Below are positions 24,830 through 37,600 of a stretch of 64,000 bases of DNA, piece by piece (position 1 is the stretch's first letter; every line of letters begins with the position of its first letter). A model generated the notes under the pieces. That model saw only the letters and a list, made by a program, of their open reading frames with translations. It was not told the origin of the DNA and did no database searches. Source of the DNA: Laetmonice hystrix (Eukaryota); NCBI GenBank assembly GCA_965235115.1, contig OZ249439.1, positions 30,752,001-30,816,000 of the forward strand, written 5' to 3'. The position numbers and the translations under genes were made by a program.

Positions 24830-25240
24830 GCACGGGTTCCTCCCAAGCCCGATCTTGGCAGGTCGGTTGCAGCTGTATTTGAGAAGATACAATAGGCGGA
24901 GACGCCGAAGATGTTTGGTTTGAAATGTTGCGGCGGGCAGCGTCCGCCGGCAGGGAGGAGCCGTGACGGCCAGGGACGAGCAGACGTCCCTTAGATCCCC
25001 GTCAAGACGCTCACTGCACCTGCCGCCTGCTGTAGTCACACCTGAGCGAACACCAACGCTCGGCATTCAGAGGGCACGTGGACAGGGAAGGACAGGAGGA
25101 CAGGGAGGAGCGATATAGGACAGTCTCCCACTCTATCACTGGCCTCAAAAGGAGCATGGAAGGAGAAGCGTGAATTGAAACCAGGGCTGAGTGAAGAATG
25201 AAGAGAAGCTGTGGGACAAAGCGGACCTCGGGGAGAGGAC
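24830..25240 (-). mobile_element. Decayed LINE RT relic
   Basis: PLCPTASLHSSLSPGF...SDRVGDCPISLLPVL (PISLLPVL at 25119-25096, cf. NYRPISLLPVLSK). A weaker FQTKHLRRL segment lies further 3'. Confidence 0.5.
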
Positions 25241-25425
25241 CACCTGTTGTAATGTAGAACGTCACCATGCTGTAACACTACCATGGCGCAAGCACTGATA
25301 ACACTGTTATCTTCTTACTATACTAGAGGGTGTAACCACTGGTCTTTTCCTTCATACGTCTTATTCTCCGATGTCTCTTGTGCTCAGCAAAATTTATTAC
25401 CATGTATCAAAGAAACGGTCTGCTC

Positions 25426-25449
25426 AAAAAAAAAAAAAAAAAAAAAAAA
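25426..25449 (+). repeat. Poly(A) tract (24 nt)
   Basis: Direct reading. Confidence 0.95.
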
Positions 25450-26259
25450 GGTGATGTATAGGATAATTTCCCTCTGAGTAGTGTTTAAAATCTGGTATCC
25501 AGGATATAACGACCGTTTTTCAATCACTAAATCGGCTTCGGGGAGGGTAGAATCACTGTCACTACCATTGAAAAGGATGCATTTTAACGGTCTGCAAAAG
25601 GAGGGTAAAAAACCCGGCAAGTCCCCTCGACAGGTGTTACCTAATGGTGTCCTTGTGACAGTTGTCAGTCATTAACAAGGTACGGTCAGAAGATGAAGTA
25701 AAATGTGCTGCGGTTGTCAAAATGTGCCTGTGGTTATCTGTGGGTGGAGGCCTCTTCTACCTCACCCGGCCTGAGCCCAACCCTGGCCCGGCGGACAGTC
25801 AGTCACCACACCTGCCGACTACCACTGTGGGCTTGTAGAGGTACCGTCAATGTACCTCTCAGTATGGAGGTGAGGTCCACTTCAAACTCACTCCAAAATA
25901 AGGTGGGGCCCAGTTATCTTTGTGATTGAATAAATCACACACTCAACCCCATGCTTCATTAACTCCGTTGATGAGATATACCCCAGAGAAATTAAGCATA
26001 GAAATGGATCTGAGATCGGATATTTTATTTCGGATCAGTTTGACTTTTTGTTTCAGCACGAACTCGTATCAGGGTCAGGGTGTCCCTTTCCATTTTTGAA
26101 ACCGTATTTATCAGGTCTGGTGTACTTTGTATCTGTAGGTCTACAGCGTCTTCTTCTTTCAGAATAAATTAGAAAAAATAAGAAAAAAGGAACAGGTGCG
26201 CTTTTATCAGATTAGCCCTGAACATGGGCGCTGACGATCTGTGGATATAATTTAGGGAG

Positions 26260-26560
26260 GGATCTAGGGCAGACATTATGAGTGCGATCGTCTGCAGGTG
26301 TTGGCCAACCCACCTGTTCACACCTCAGTCCATAAAGTACGGACGGTTGGAGGAGTTGGCGGCGACGGCCGGCCCAGTAGGACCCTACCAGGAATAGTCT
26401 CAAGTAGTTCTTCAACCGCCGCGCAGGCACTAAAGATGCACATAACAGCACCATACTGAAAATGTCGGCTTTGTGGCCCCCGGAGAGACAAGGTGTTGGG
26501 TAACGGCTTACGGAGGCTTCAATCCAGGGTTCCGTTTTCAGCCTCGAGGACTCGTCTTTT
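26260..26560 (-). mobile_element. Possible LINE ORF2 C-terminal (CCHC-like) relic
   Basis: SSRLKTEPWIEASVSRYPTPCL...DIFSMVLLCASLVPARRLKNYL resembles the SHxLxIExGR...DExHxLLxC...RKKYL tail of CR1/L2-type ORF2. Confidence 0.4.
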
Positions 26561-28770
26561 ATGAAGAGTTCATCTGACCTCATTTAAGAAAAGGGACACC
26601 CTGAGTCAGCTAGGGTAACTTGTGAAAGGCTGTTGTATAGGGGCATTGAAAAAGTTATATTACCGGGGACCGAAACTTTCAGTACTGGGTGAGGGCCAGT
26701 TTTATATTGATAAAATAGTGGAAACAAAATCTCATTTCCCATAATTTACGGTATCATTGAGGTTCGCACCAATTAGGGGAGCTGGTCTCTCTCGGTAGGC
26801 CTATAGGTCTATACTTACAACAGTATGCCCTAACTAACCGGTTGGCCCTGAGGAGGGTGGGCTGGGCGAATCAACATTCCTCCCCCAGGTTCCCATAAGG
26901 TAGCAGGCAGTGGTTCTGTGTTAAATATGAAACATCCTCACAAAATGCTACTTTATAATAGGCCTATTGTAGCGCATTGCAGCCCCATAAAGTCTCTTTC
27001 TTTTGACTTGACTATAGCTGCTGTTGCCTCCCTCCCACTCTCACACAGAAAGTTGGGGCCCAGTAATTTGGCCTACAAGCAAGCCTCTAGACCTCCTCTA
27101 ACTTCTTGACAATTTTACATGTCATGGTATTCTGGCCTACGTGTCTTCAGTTTACCTCAGTTACTCGGGTGGTCGGAGACACAGATTGTCGCCGGGACTG
27201 AGCCCTAGCGGCAAACATCGGCACCTGTGGTACCATGGTAATCCACCAGGGGCGCTCCAACGTGACTACTTCCGCTACAATCCACCAGGTGGCGACAGCG
27301 TTCTCACGTCTCACCGGCTTCACGTGTCGGGCTTTCGTCAATACGTTTCAGCTACACCGATTATTTGGGCAGTGTTGAATCCATAACTATCACAGGTACG
27401 TTAAGATGCACCCGGTGAAGTTAACTGTCTGAAAATAATTTATCCAAGGGAAGACGTTTTGTTTTCAAATGGTCTTCCGTTGTTTAGTTTCAGACACTCT
27501 GCAGACAGACTGTTTGGGCTGTGTTTGATACTGGCGATAGGTCTGCTGTGGACATTGACTGATTGAGGTCTGGACAACACGTTTTCCTCATCCCCTAGGC
27601 CTTTGACATGTAATGAACATTTCTCCAGATGACACGACAGGGTTCATGGTAAGTCGTTTACCTGGCTTAAAATGTGCAGCCTTGCCTGCAACTGTTTCAA
27701 GTTCTAAATCTTGAGAATTCTGAAGAGACCCTCTAGAGGCCTAATTAGGCATAGGCCTAGTGTGTCACCCAGGTTTAATAAACTGAGTTTTTTTTAAGAT
27801 GCAAACTGAATCTCACTCTTGTTCAAGTATTCTAGTCTTTGTTCATTTCTCAGATAGCCCCACCCCCTTAGGCTGACGCAAAAATTATTAAATACCAGCT
27901 TGGCATTTTAAATCATCATTAATTCAAAATATATTTCAATGCCAAAACATTTGACTGGCACACTGCCACATTGGCATTGAATTCCAGAGAAAGCTAGCTG
28001 TCTACCGAGACAGATATTGCAATAAGAAGGAGTAGGCACCCCTCTATCAAACCCCTTTAGATTAGTCATCCGTCAAAATAAAATGGATGGGTGTAGACTT
28101 TTTGTCCAGGTGGACGATATGTGCCTCTGACAGCAGTTTGGCAGCAAACTGTTCCGCGTGCCACTTGACTGGACAGAACCAGCAATGGTCCTAATAAACC
28201 AAAATGCTAATCACTGAGCCGGACACCCACGCGCTCTGCCCTGTGTGTTGTGAAGGACCAGCTGCCCATGGTCGAGTGCTGTCTCATCGAGTCACGTGAC
28301 TCCCGTCACGCCACCCAGACAGCGAGCATGAATGAGGATAAAATCATGGCTGGTCATAAAGTAAAAAAACAAACCATTCCCTTCACACCATGGCGTCGTT
28401 CTTCATGAATATTAAAAAAAAACGACACAAACTTTGATGTGGTGAGTTGGTCGGTCATGAAGGGTGTTCTGTCTGTGACTGAACCAAGTATAAATATCCT
28501 CAGAAAGACTAGTGTCCAGTATACACACTGGGATGACTGTGGCCCATGCCAGCAGCACATCAATGGCTTTTGTCTCTTAGCATTTGTGGAGAACTTAATT
28601 TTTAGGGCGAAAATGACGTGAAGGTATTTCGATGGTCCTATCTTTGCTTTGCTCTTTTATGAATGCTAGTTAGTGTGTAGTATGTATTATAGATTGTAAG
28701 CATGGATGTAACTTTGGCAGTTCACCAGAATCAGCTTGTACTTTAAGACATTATAGCCTATTATTTTTCA

Positions 28771-28853
28771 CATAATAGCATATCAGTATCAGTATTATTA
28801 TTGTGCAGCGCATAATAGCATATCATTATCAGTATTATTTTTGTGCAGCGCAT
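28771..28853. repeat. Tandem duplication, 40-bp unit x2
   Basis: CATAATAGCATATCA(G/T)TATCAGTATTATT(A/T)TTGTGCAGCG at 28771 and 28811. Confidence 0.93.
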
Positions 28854-29233
28854 TTTTGTCCATGATATTTTGAATTGATGTTTGATGTTACTGGAGTGTA
28901 CGTGACCTCATAATTATTGTTGACCATATTAATTTATTAAGAACTGGCATGAAATTTGGTCATTTGTTTTCACAATTACATACAAATGTTGCAATTGGCC
29001 TGCCTAATAATGCCCCCCCCCCCACCCACAGATTCCTTCACAAATCTTCTTCCGTGGGTCCCACATTTGCAAGCCGTAACATGGATTCTAGTGTCATGCA
29101 TCAAGTAAATGTTGGAATGTACAAGACCTGAAATTAGAATGACCTGGGACGATAGCCTGTGGGCATCTACTACAGGTAGGAATTCCTACTGCAGGGGAAA
29201 AGGACAAAAAGAGAGGAAAAAATGGATTCTTAC

Positions 29234-29485
29234 CATGTTCTGTTTGGTGTCGAGATACATGCTGGCGATTTCCGCTTTAGTCTCACTGGCAGTTTGACCT
29301 TTCCCCTGACCTTGCTGTCGATCACTGCTGTACCTGTGATGTTTTCGGTGTTCTCGGTTGCTATGCGCCAGATCAGCGTTGCTATGGCTACGGGTGTGAC
29401 GCGAATGGCGGGAGGAAGAGTGCCGACTGTGACTAGAATGGCTCGACTTGCCCAGGCTACTTCCCACGCTGCGCACGTCGTCCAT
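29234..29485 (-). CDS. Upstream coding exon segment (84 codons, His/Ser/Arg-rich N-terminus) of the same gene; exon spans 29522-29234
   Basis: Strong acceptor TTTTGTTATTTTTTACAG| (AG at 29524-29523), AGCATGG start context at 29485, donor ATG|GTAAGA at 29234/29233, in phase with the 11298 exon. Confidence 0.8.
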
Positions 29486-31199
29486 GCTCTCCGGTTGGGA
29501 CGCGACGCCAACACTCACACCTCTGTAAAAAATAACAAAACACAACACATTAAATACTATCCCCGGAAAAATAATCAGAAAGATTAAAAAGTAAATAAAG
29601 ATATAACCAGACACATTTAAAGATTCTTAACATTTGCTCCGTAAACAAGAAACAGCCTCCGAGGTAATGAGCCAGTTTATACTGCTGGAACAGTAGATAT
29701 AGTCTGTTAGGTTTGTGTTGGCAGGCTGACTTCTTGCCTGCTTGCAGGTGTTTGGACTGCAATGGGACGATGGACTTGGCAGTCACTGGCACTGATGGCA
29801 ATAACCACACGAGACAGTGACAAGACCGATAACAGTGGGGTGTAAATGGTAAATAGCAGTCGTAATTGCTCATGCAAATTGACATAGGGCGGAAAGTGTG
29901 GATTTAATCTTGTTAACTTCTTGTTAGGGATACACATCTCATGTATAGGCACCGGAAGCCAGGAGGGCAGGGGGTACACCAACCTTCGAACTCTTAGATC
30001 AAGGGGAGATGGTCCCCTTACTATACTTACTACCCGGTCACAGTATTTTTTTAGCTGACATTTCCCAACGTTGCTAAAACAACTGTCAATTTGAGAACGT
30101 TTAATTAGATTTTGACACCCAACCAGCGAAACTTCAAGGGAGGTCTTGTGCATGTTATCATACTCTCAAATTGGTGTTTCAGTGACGTAAGAATTGATCT
30201 TAGATCTATGGTCCGGTTGAAACATTAGATCGAGCGAGATGTATGATTCTCCTCGAGACAACAGGCAATTCTCAGAGTCTGATGCTGGGGCTACACAGGG
30301 AAACAAATCAGTTTGTCTTGGCTGACTGCCCTCAAGATTTCCGTCATAAATCGTTCATACAGTTCCTGAGGAAACCTCACATATTGCCCAGTCAGAGGGT
30401 CATAGCGAGGTCCCATTAAAGCTTGGAAGTGAACTCCAAACATTGACCCTTTACCCTGATGATTCAACCCGGTATTTTCCTCTGTGGATGTATAACGAAC
30501 CTACCTGTATCCATCGAGAAGTTGTACACCTCCCTCTGACAGTGACATGCTCTCTATCTGACCCATGTTTCACTCAGAGATTGGTACCTTTCACTACCCT
30601 GTCCGTCACTCTCTAAGTAGTACTCCGGGCTATGCCACCAAAACCTCCGGTCTGCACTCTGGTACTGGGGTCGTTCCAGCGTCAAACTCTCCCCCCATCA
30701 CCACTCGATGTGGCCACCACTGCCTGCAGGCCTGAACAGACTACCGAGTGCGTCCCTCATCATACCAGCCAGCCTCTCTAACCTTATCTCCGCCAACCAG
30801 TGGTAGCCCAGCCAGTATATGTCACTCCTCAAGTGTTTGCATCCGATATAGTGAAGTTTGGTAAGTGTTTACTAGATTAGGACTGAGGACTGGTCAGTTT
30901 GTGGGGGACAGACAGGTGCACGGTGGGTGACATAGATGTGGGTCCATTGTGGGCTCGCTGGATTAGCATTCTCTCCGCCACTAGGGGGAGCCGTCTCCCG
31001 TGGCCCTGGCCGGGACGAGGCTGTCACGGTGTGAGGTCGCTACAAGTAGGACCCGCCGTAAAACCATCAGGAACCCAGACAGACCGTCTGCCGATAATCA
31101 GAGTCAATTGATGAATAATCAACTGATTCAATCTACGGCCAGCCCCTCCTTGAAAAAATGGGCGAGAATAAAAGTCAAGTTGACAAGTTTGGTATATGT

Positions 31200-31760
31200 C
31201 TGGGTATCGGGAACCGATCTCAGCAGTGGTCAATGGCTTGGGGCCGAATGGTCAGTCTGGTAGTGGTGGGGAGTCCGTGGTCAGTTTTTTACAACGAGAC
31301 TAGACACTCGTTGGTGTTTCACACCTCGGTTGGGATCCGAGTTCAATTTACAGACAAATGTCTTCTCTTGTACTTGTGAGATTAACATGTGTGGTGTAAA
31401 TGTTAGGAAATATTGTCTCATCTTAAACGTTCTTAGATGGACTAAAGGATGTAACGTGAAGGGTATAATAATTATAAAGATTCCAAGCTTCACAGGGTCG
31501 CCCGTTGAATCTTTTACTCCATGGACATATTTCAACTCCTAGATAGAAACACTTACATTAGGACTGGTTCATCGCCTTTACTACCAGAGCTCCGCTGGAT
31601 GGACTATTTGTTGAGCACAGATTTCTGCTCTCTCACTATTCCCAAGACTCCGTTATGCCAAATTGGTCAGACCGCAAGACCAGGTTCCTATGTTCCTTTG
31701 TATACGACATTTGCAAAGGATACCGCATTTCAAATAAAATTACGCTTTGTTGCCCCCACA
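31200..31760 (-). mobile_element. Decayed LINE APE endonuclease relic
   Basis: NAVSFANV (cf. NARSLxNK) followed by DQFGITESW (GITESW at 31659-31642, cf. DIIGITESWL), with weaker downstream motifs. Confidence 0.45.
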
Positions 31761-33018
31761 GATTTTGCAATTAGGGGTAATTTGTATCTGTTGAGTACGT
31801 TTGAGGTGTAGGAAGTCATCAATGGTTAACACTTGGGGCCCTCGCCGAGCAAAGACTCCACTCTTTTGGGAGACTTCGGAAGTTCTCACCTCTTTGGAGG
31901 CGACAAAAGAGGGCCGACTTCAAAGACCAACTCCCAAATGGACATCGTCAATGCGATCCCCTGCATACCGACTATAGGAGCGAGTAGCTCCTGCTGGAAG
32001 TTGGTATCGAAGTCGGTAATCTCTGGTCTGGAGTCGGTATTGTTAGAGGCCGCTCGGGGATTGAAGAAGGTGACAAGGTCCCAGGGCATCAGTCAGAGAC
32101 AGGATGGACCTAGGCTTACCTAACGAGGTACCATCATCATTATGAGGTCCTCACAACACAAAGCTAGCCCGGGAGCTGTCACTCTTACGTCACCCAAGGT
32201 TCAACCCTCTAACTGTAGGTTTGAGACGATCAGACTCAGCATCTTGCCATATGGACAACCATTTTCACCCAGTCAATGCGCCTTAATCTCTCCACATGCC
32301 ATGCCATCCAACAATTGACCCCCCCCCCCCCAAGAGTACCGCATTGTTTATTAAAAGGCTTTGCGGTTAAACTCTCCTTGGTCCAACAGTGATTTAAATG
32401 TTTGGTGGAAAAGATTATGGGGGTCTAGATTTGAGAACTGTTAGTCAGTACGTGTGACAACAGAACAGACATTACTGATTAATCACAGACAGATGCATTC
32501 TATTTCATTTGCAGTTATTGTCTTTTGTATTGTGTAACTTTAAATATCGGTTACGTGAGTAGGGACGATGGGAGAGAATAGGTGAGCAGCCGAGCGGTAG
32601 GAAGTCAAGGTGAGGTGAATAGTTGTGTGGGGATTAAGGCTCAACAACGTCCCAATCCTGGCTCAGTGTCCCCGGTCACTGCGCCCATCAGCACACGCCA
32701 CTGTTTGAGGAAAGGGTCGGGAATAGCTTTACTGACAAAGGTTCTTTTAAACTGTCAAGATAGATGTAGTTTTCCTGATCGGGTTCCTTTTTTTAAGAAC
32801 TTGACTTTAAGCTATAATGTTATGTAAGGTCAGTGCACGTGGCTGAGCGTGTTTAACCGTTGTGATCCGCTAGGCGTGCTTAGGTCGCTTGCGAACCTGG
32901 CTTAAAGGAAAACACTCGCTTGAAAACTTTGGGGGTGGTTGGTATGTAAATGTTGGGGTGTGTTCACACATTGAAGTGCGGGATTGCCATTATAGTGGAA
33001 ACCGCACTGGTGCATGAT

Positions 33019-33282
33019 AGACCATACACTATGCAGGTCTTCAGACCATACACTATGCAGGTCTTCAGACCATACACTATGCAGGTCTTCAGACCATACA
33101 CTATGCAGGTCTTCAGACCATACACTATGCAGGTCTTCAGACCATACACTATGCAGGTCTTCAGACCATACACTATGCAGGTCTTCAGACCATACACTAT
33201 GCAGGTCTTCAGACCATACACTATGCAGGTCTTCAGACCATACACTATGCAGGTCTTCAGACCATACACTATGCAGGTCTTC
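33019..33282. repeat. Perfect minisatellite, 24-bp unit x11
   Basis: AGACCATACACTATGCAGGTCTTC repeated 11 times with no variant seen. Confidence 0.98.
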
Positions 33283-34874
33283 ACTCTAAGGTCATATTCT
33301 GCAACTGTCTTCATATGTCATAGGACTCATTTACAACAATAAATATTTGATGGTCATCAACCAAAACAAATGACATGTCAGTTCAAGAGGCTCTTGGCAG
33401 GTAAAAAGTTCGTTTCGGTTGACCAATCCTCATGGCAATCAACAAGTATCAAGTACTCTACACTCCAGCAACAGTTGAGTGGCTCTGTGGTCAGGCTCCC
33501 AAGCGTAGACCGATGCGAAGTTAATACTCGTCTATGGATTGCCAAATAGCACTGAACGGGTTTGTCTTTGAGGGTCCTCCGCCGGAGAGGTCCACCAAGT
33601 GCCCGTTAAATTCACACAATGTGTTGGTCATGTGCAAGTTAATCAAGCATGGGTTCATCGTAGTCCGGGAACAATTCGAAGTGGGCAACATTTCAACCGT
33701 TCTCATGACTGTTGGCCGTGGCTGACTGCATGACATTATACAGCAATCAGTACACCACTCCAGAACGACGACTAAAAGATGTTCCGAATGCTTGTTTCAT
33801 TGTCACAGTCACAACCTACTCTGAACGCCATTAGGCAGGTCTAATGACCCAGAAACTGATGTGGGCCAGGGCGACATATTCAGAGATCTTCAGACTGCGG
33901 GACTCATCTCTCTCCTCCCCCTGGTGGAGAGATACCGCACTAACGTGAAAAAGTCCCGGGTGTGACGTCACAAACTGCTCGCGGTTATTTGGTGATGCCA
34001 CCTTGGTAAGTGTCACGCCGTCCCAGGTGAGCTAGCCGGACAAAATGTGTCAGTGTTCCAGTCCGTACGGTAGGCAGGCACCTACCGGCGCTCCCTAGAA
34101 ACACGACCCTCACAGTGACAGGTTATGGGAATGTCCCCCCGGGGGTCAAAAATGGGAGCAAGGCCCTGCAACGTAGCGCAATAAATCTTTCCCCGCCAGT
34201 CTCTATCCCCAGGAAAAGCAAACTCATCTTGTTTGCCCTGAGTCCCAGGACAGCCATATAGCGCACCTTTAAACGTCTCCATTCTGTTCATAATTTATTT
34301 TTTAAAACTTAGATTTTGACTATTTCTTTTATTCCAAAATAGTCGCCCTGTATACATAGATGATGAAAGCGACTTTATCAATACTCATAAATAACTCAAT
34401 AAAAGATTGAGTTTGGTTTTGTCATAATACGTAAGTTAGATGTAAGACTTGTTAAAAGATTTAAGTAGATTCATACATTACTGCGGAGAATCATGAATGT
34501 ACCCTGGATTCAATTCACTTCTTTCGACAGATTGTCACTTCTCGAATGACTAATTAAAGGGTTCCGACACAGAACGGGGGAACATTTTCTTTCCCTGTCT
34601 GTGAATATGACACTCACAAAATGACCCATATCTTCTCCATGATTGTCAGGTCTTGAAACATGCTTAAAACCATTTACAGATCGCAGGTCAGTAGTTTACG
34701 AACGTCTAGAAATCAATGTGGTCATTCACCGGTAAAAGCACGGGTTTGGTTATAGCATCTAACTAGTCCCAGTTTTCAGAGTTCTCATCAGGAATAGCTG
34801 AAGTATAAGTTTTAAGTTAATGTAGTTCTCTAACTCACATGACATCGGATATCATATGAAAGTTAATGTCTTAA

Positions 34875-35176
34875 AGTCCAACAGACATCAAAATTAACAT
34901 GAACTTTAGTGCCAGATCTTGATGATACATTTGTTTTATGCGTAAAGGAGCGGTTATTGTACAAGAACGTAAGCCGTTTTGAAGACCAATTCTTCTGATG
35001 ACGTCATCAGGGGCAATGGTGAAGGGAGCAAAATAGGCGGGAGTGAGACTGTAATTCTAATTGTCAATAGTTTTCCAAATTGAGATGACTTCTCAGAAAA
35101 CCTATCAGGGACACGTCTACAACTCAAAGTGATCTATCTATATCAGTAAAGTTACCTATGTGATGTCAGTTGGACT
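34875..35176. mobile_element. 302-bp MITE with TTAA target-site duplication (Kolobok-type AG...CT termini)
   Basis: TTAA|AGTCCAACAGACATCA ... TGATGTCAGTTGGACT|TTAA: 16-bp TIR with 1 mismatch, TTAA at 34871-34874 and 35177-35180. Confidence 0.75.
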
Positions 35177-36444
35177 TTAAGACTGTAGTTGTGCTCAGAT
35201 TTTGCTTGCAAGGCTCTGCGAAACCATAAGCGGAAGGGCTGATATTTTTTCCCACGGCTATGTGTATTATAGCTATCTAAACGCCATATTTAATGGCCAA
35301 TTCTGTGGCTTGTTTTGCGCAGGTTACTCTGTAAACATGTTTAAGTGAAATATGGCAGCAAATCTTACTCGAAAAGACACCGCTGATTGCAGTTATGTTA
35401 GCTCCATTAACTTTGTATAGCAGGCATCCGCCTTGACTCAGCCTAGCCTGGTTCTCGCCCAGACCCAATGATTGCTCAATTGATGCACTAATAGATCATC
35501 AGAGGAAACCTTTTAATTGCTGGCGAACCAGCAGGAAAGTTAGAATAGGAGTTTGTGTGGCCTTTGAGTTGGCAGTGTCTGGTCGTGTGGCTACCATCCA
35601 AGGGCGGGGAGAGGTTGGTGGTGGTTGTCGGAGCGGGGACAGTTGGCCATCGTCCACACACAGGATGGGCCTTGGACGACAGATCGAGTCGTCGACTGGC
35701 TGTCAGACTCGAGGGATGTTGTCTGCCCAATGCCTTCTTAAAGGCGTTGGTCCAGTCTGACTTGTATTAGATTTAGATGGGGGTGATGTAGGAGTTTCAG
35801 CTTGTTTTACATGTTGTTACTCATTGTGAGTTCCGATATGGCACTCAGCTACTGTAGCCACGTCAATGTTAAATCAAAGCTCAGGGGAGCGTTGCACGGG
35901 TTTTGTTTCTGGCTTACTTTAGGTTACTTGATTTCTTTGACCTTTCGCTAATGTTATGACTATACTGAGAGGTGAAGCGGTACATTAGTTTTTTTCAGTG
36001 TCCCTCACGACCGATTTGGCAAGTAACACATATCCCTAAAATACACAATATTGTATGTGGAGGGGTGACACCAATATGTATGCATTTCATTATCATAATG
36101 TCCTCTCATAACTTGAAGGTCGGGAGAAAGGACGTGTATTTCCCCTGAGGGCCACCATGAGGATAAGTCCACTCCCTGACACACATAGACACCGACACAG
36201 GTGTCAAACCGAACGAGACTGAGTCAGACGAGACGGAGATCAAAAGACAATATACATCCTGAGGCCTGACTCAGTATAGAATGGGGTCACATCAATTAAT
36301 GATCTCAACAAACGAGCCTGGGTTGGTGTCATTACCAGCCGCGGTCTGGTGGGAGGAGATCTGACCAGCGTGGTATGCAAGAGTGATCAAAACACCCAAC
36401 AGACCATTCCAGGCATGTCTGTGGTCAGCGTTTACCTTGAACCT

Positions 36445-37085
36445 GTAACGTCCCTCAAACACGGTCAGCACAGAGGACAACTTTCACCACCGAATTTGAA
36501 GGAGATACGGAGGGATGATAGGGAAGACTGTCATTGCTGTGATTAATTTCTGTGATAACTGTCGTTTCCTGTTTATAAAATCTTTATGATCACGGTATTG
36601 TCCTACCTGGACTGTTCTATATCGGTTCGGATCGCTCAGAGTATTTGAAGGACAACGAGTGGTAGAGAGATTGACTGTGATTGAAGTTATAAGTGGGTGT
36701 GAGTGAATTATGATCATGTCTTGGCTGCTGCCCCTATCTGACCTTATCGTGAGAACAACCATGTTACATACCACATCAGTGTTTGATCAATCCTCATCAA
36801 ACACACCGACATGTTGACCACCTCTTTCCCATCACCATATCCAATAAAAATATGATGCCCAAGTCTTATCATCTCTCAATGTTAGTTTGATCAGTTCTTG
36901 GCTTCATTTCATGGCCAGATCTCACGGGTTTGATGACAGCAAGAAAAGGTTTCTCTTTCATGGGTCGCATGTCCTCCGTTCCTTGAGAAAAGTTGATATC
37001 ACTGGGCGGACTTGGGGAAAAAAATCGAGGCACAGGGCGTGCTTTTATTTACTTCCACTCGAGGCAGTCGGTATCATTGGAGGCA
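36445..37085 (-). mobile_element. Decayed Penelope-like (probably Naiad-type) RT relic
   Basis: Collinear motifs NLFLLSSNP, SQELIKLT, KTWASY, GGQHVGVFDED, YRDHKDFINRKRQLSQKLI (36597-36541) and KLSSVLTVFEGRY (36483-36445), cf. DDVLSLNNP / YPxEL / SASYLD / LYDKRDD / DFLxRxRLLxxKLL / SSLRKFYGR. Confidence 0.65.
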
Positions 37086-37600
37086 ATATACGGAGAGACT
37101 ATAGACATAGGCTGGCCCAGGGCGCTGACAGTAAACAAGGCCCTGTGCACTGTTTACCTGTTTGACATACATACCCCCTACCCCCATCAACCCTCTGGTT
37201 ACCCCAAACCAGATCTGTCCTACACACCACTCTACATTATTGACTCAATGTATATATGTTATAAGGAGCCGATCTCATAGAACAAGCCAAGTCAGTGGGT
37301 AGTGGGTTTGTGAAACCCTCCAGCCAAGACAAGAGTCCCGACGGACTGTCATGGCTGCCATGCGCATCCAGCTCACTGTGTCTGTTGTGTCTTAACATCC
37401 ACGCTTTAAACACCGGCTTGGAATAAACTTGAAATGTTGACAGGTTACGGAAGTGTTCAAGGTGACAGGTCCCGGTGTCTGGACGTCTGTCTCGGTGGCA
37501 ACAAACTAGTGAGAGACTCGTCCTATTTGAGGATCTCTCATCTGGGTCGTGAGTCTGCGGAGAGAAGCCACTGTCATGGAAGAAGAGATAGATTGCTTAC

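Larger units (their letters stand above)
11299..29233 (-). other. Predicted ~17.9-kb phase-0 intron
   Basis: GTAAGA donor at 29233 and TTTCAG acceptor at 11299. The join keeps the frame (KQNM|LEII). Confidence 0.75.

Noticed and set aside
32950-33342. Repeat-protein ORFs (VFRPYTMQ, SSDHTLCR, KTCIVYGL)
   Set aside because: Artefact of a 24-bp unit lacking stops in most frames; no splice or coding context
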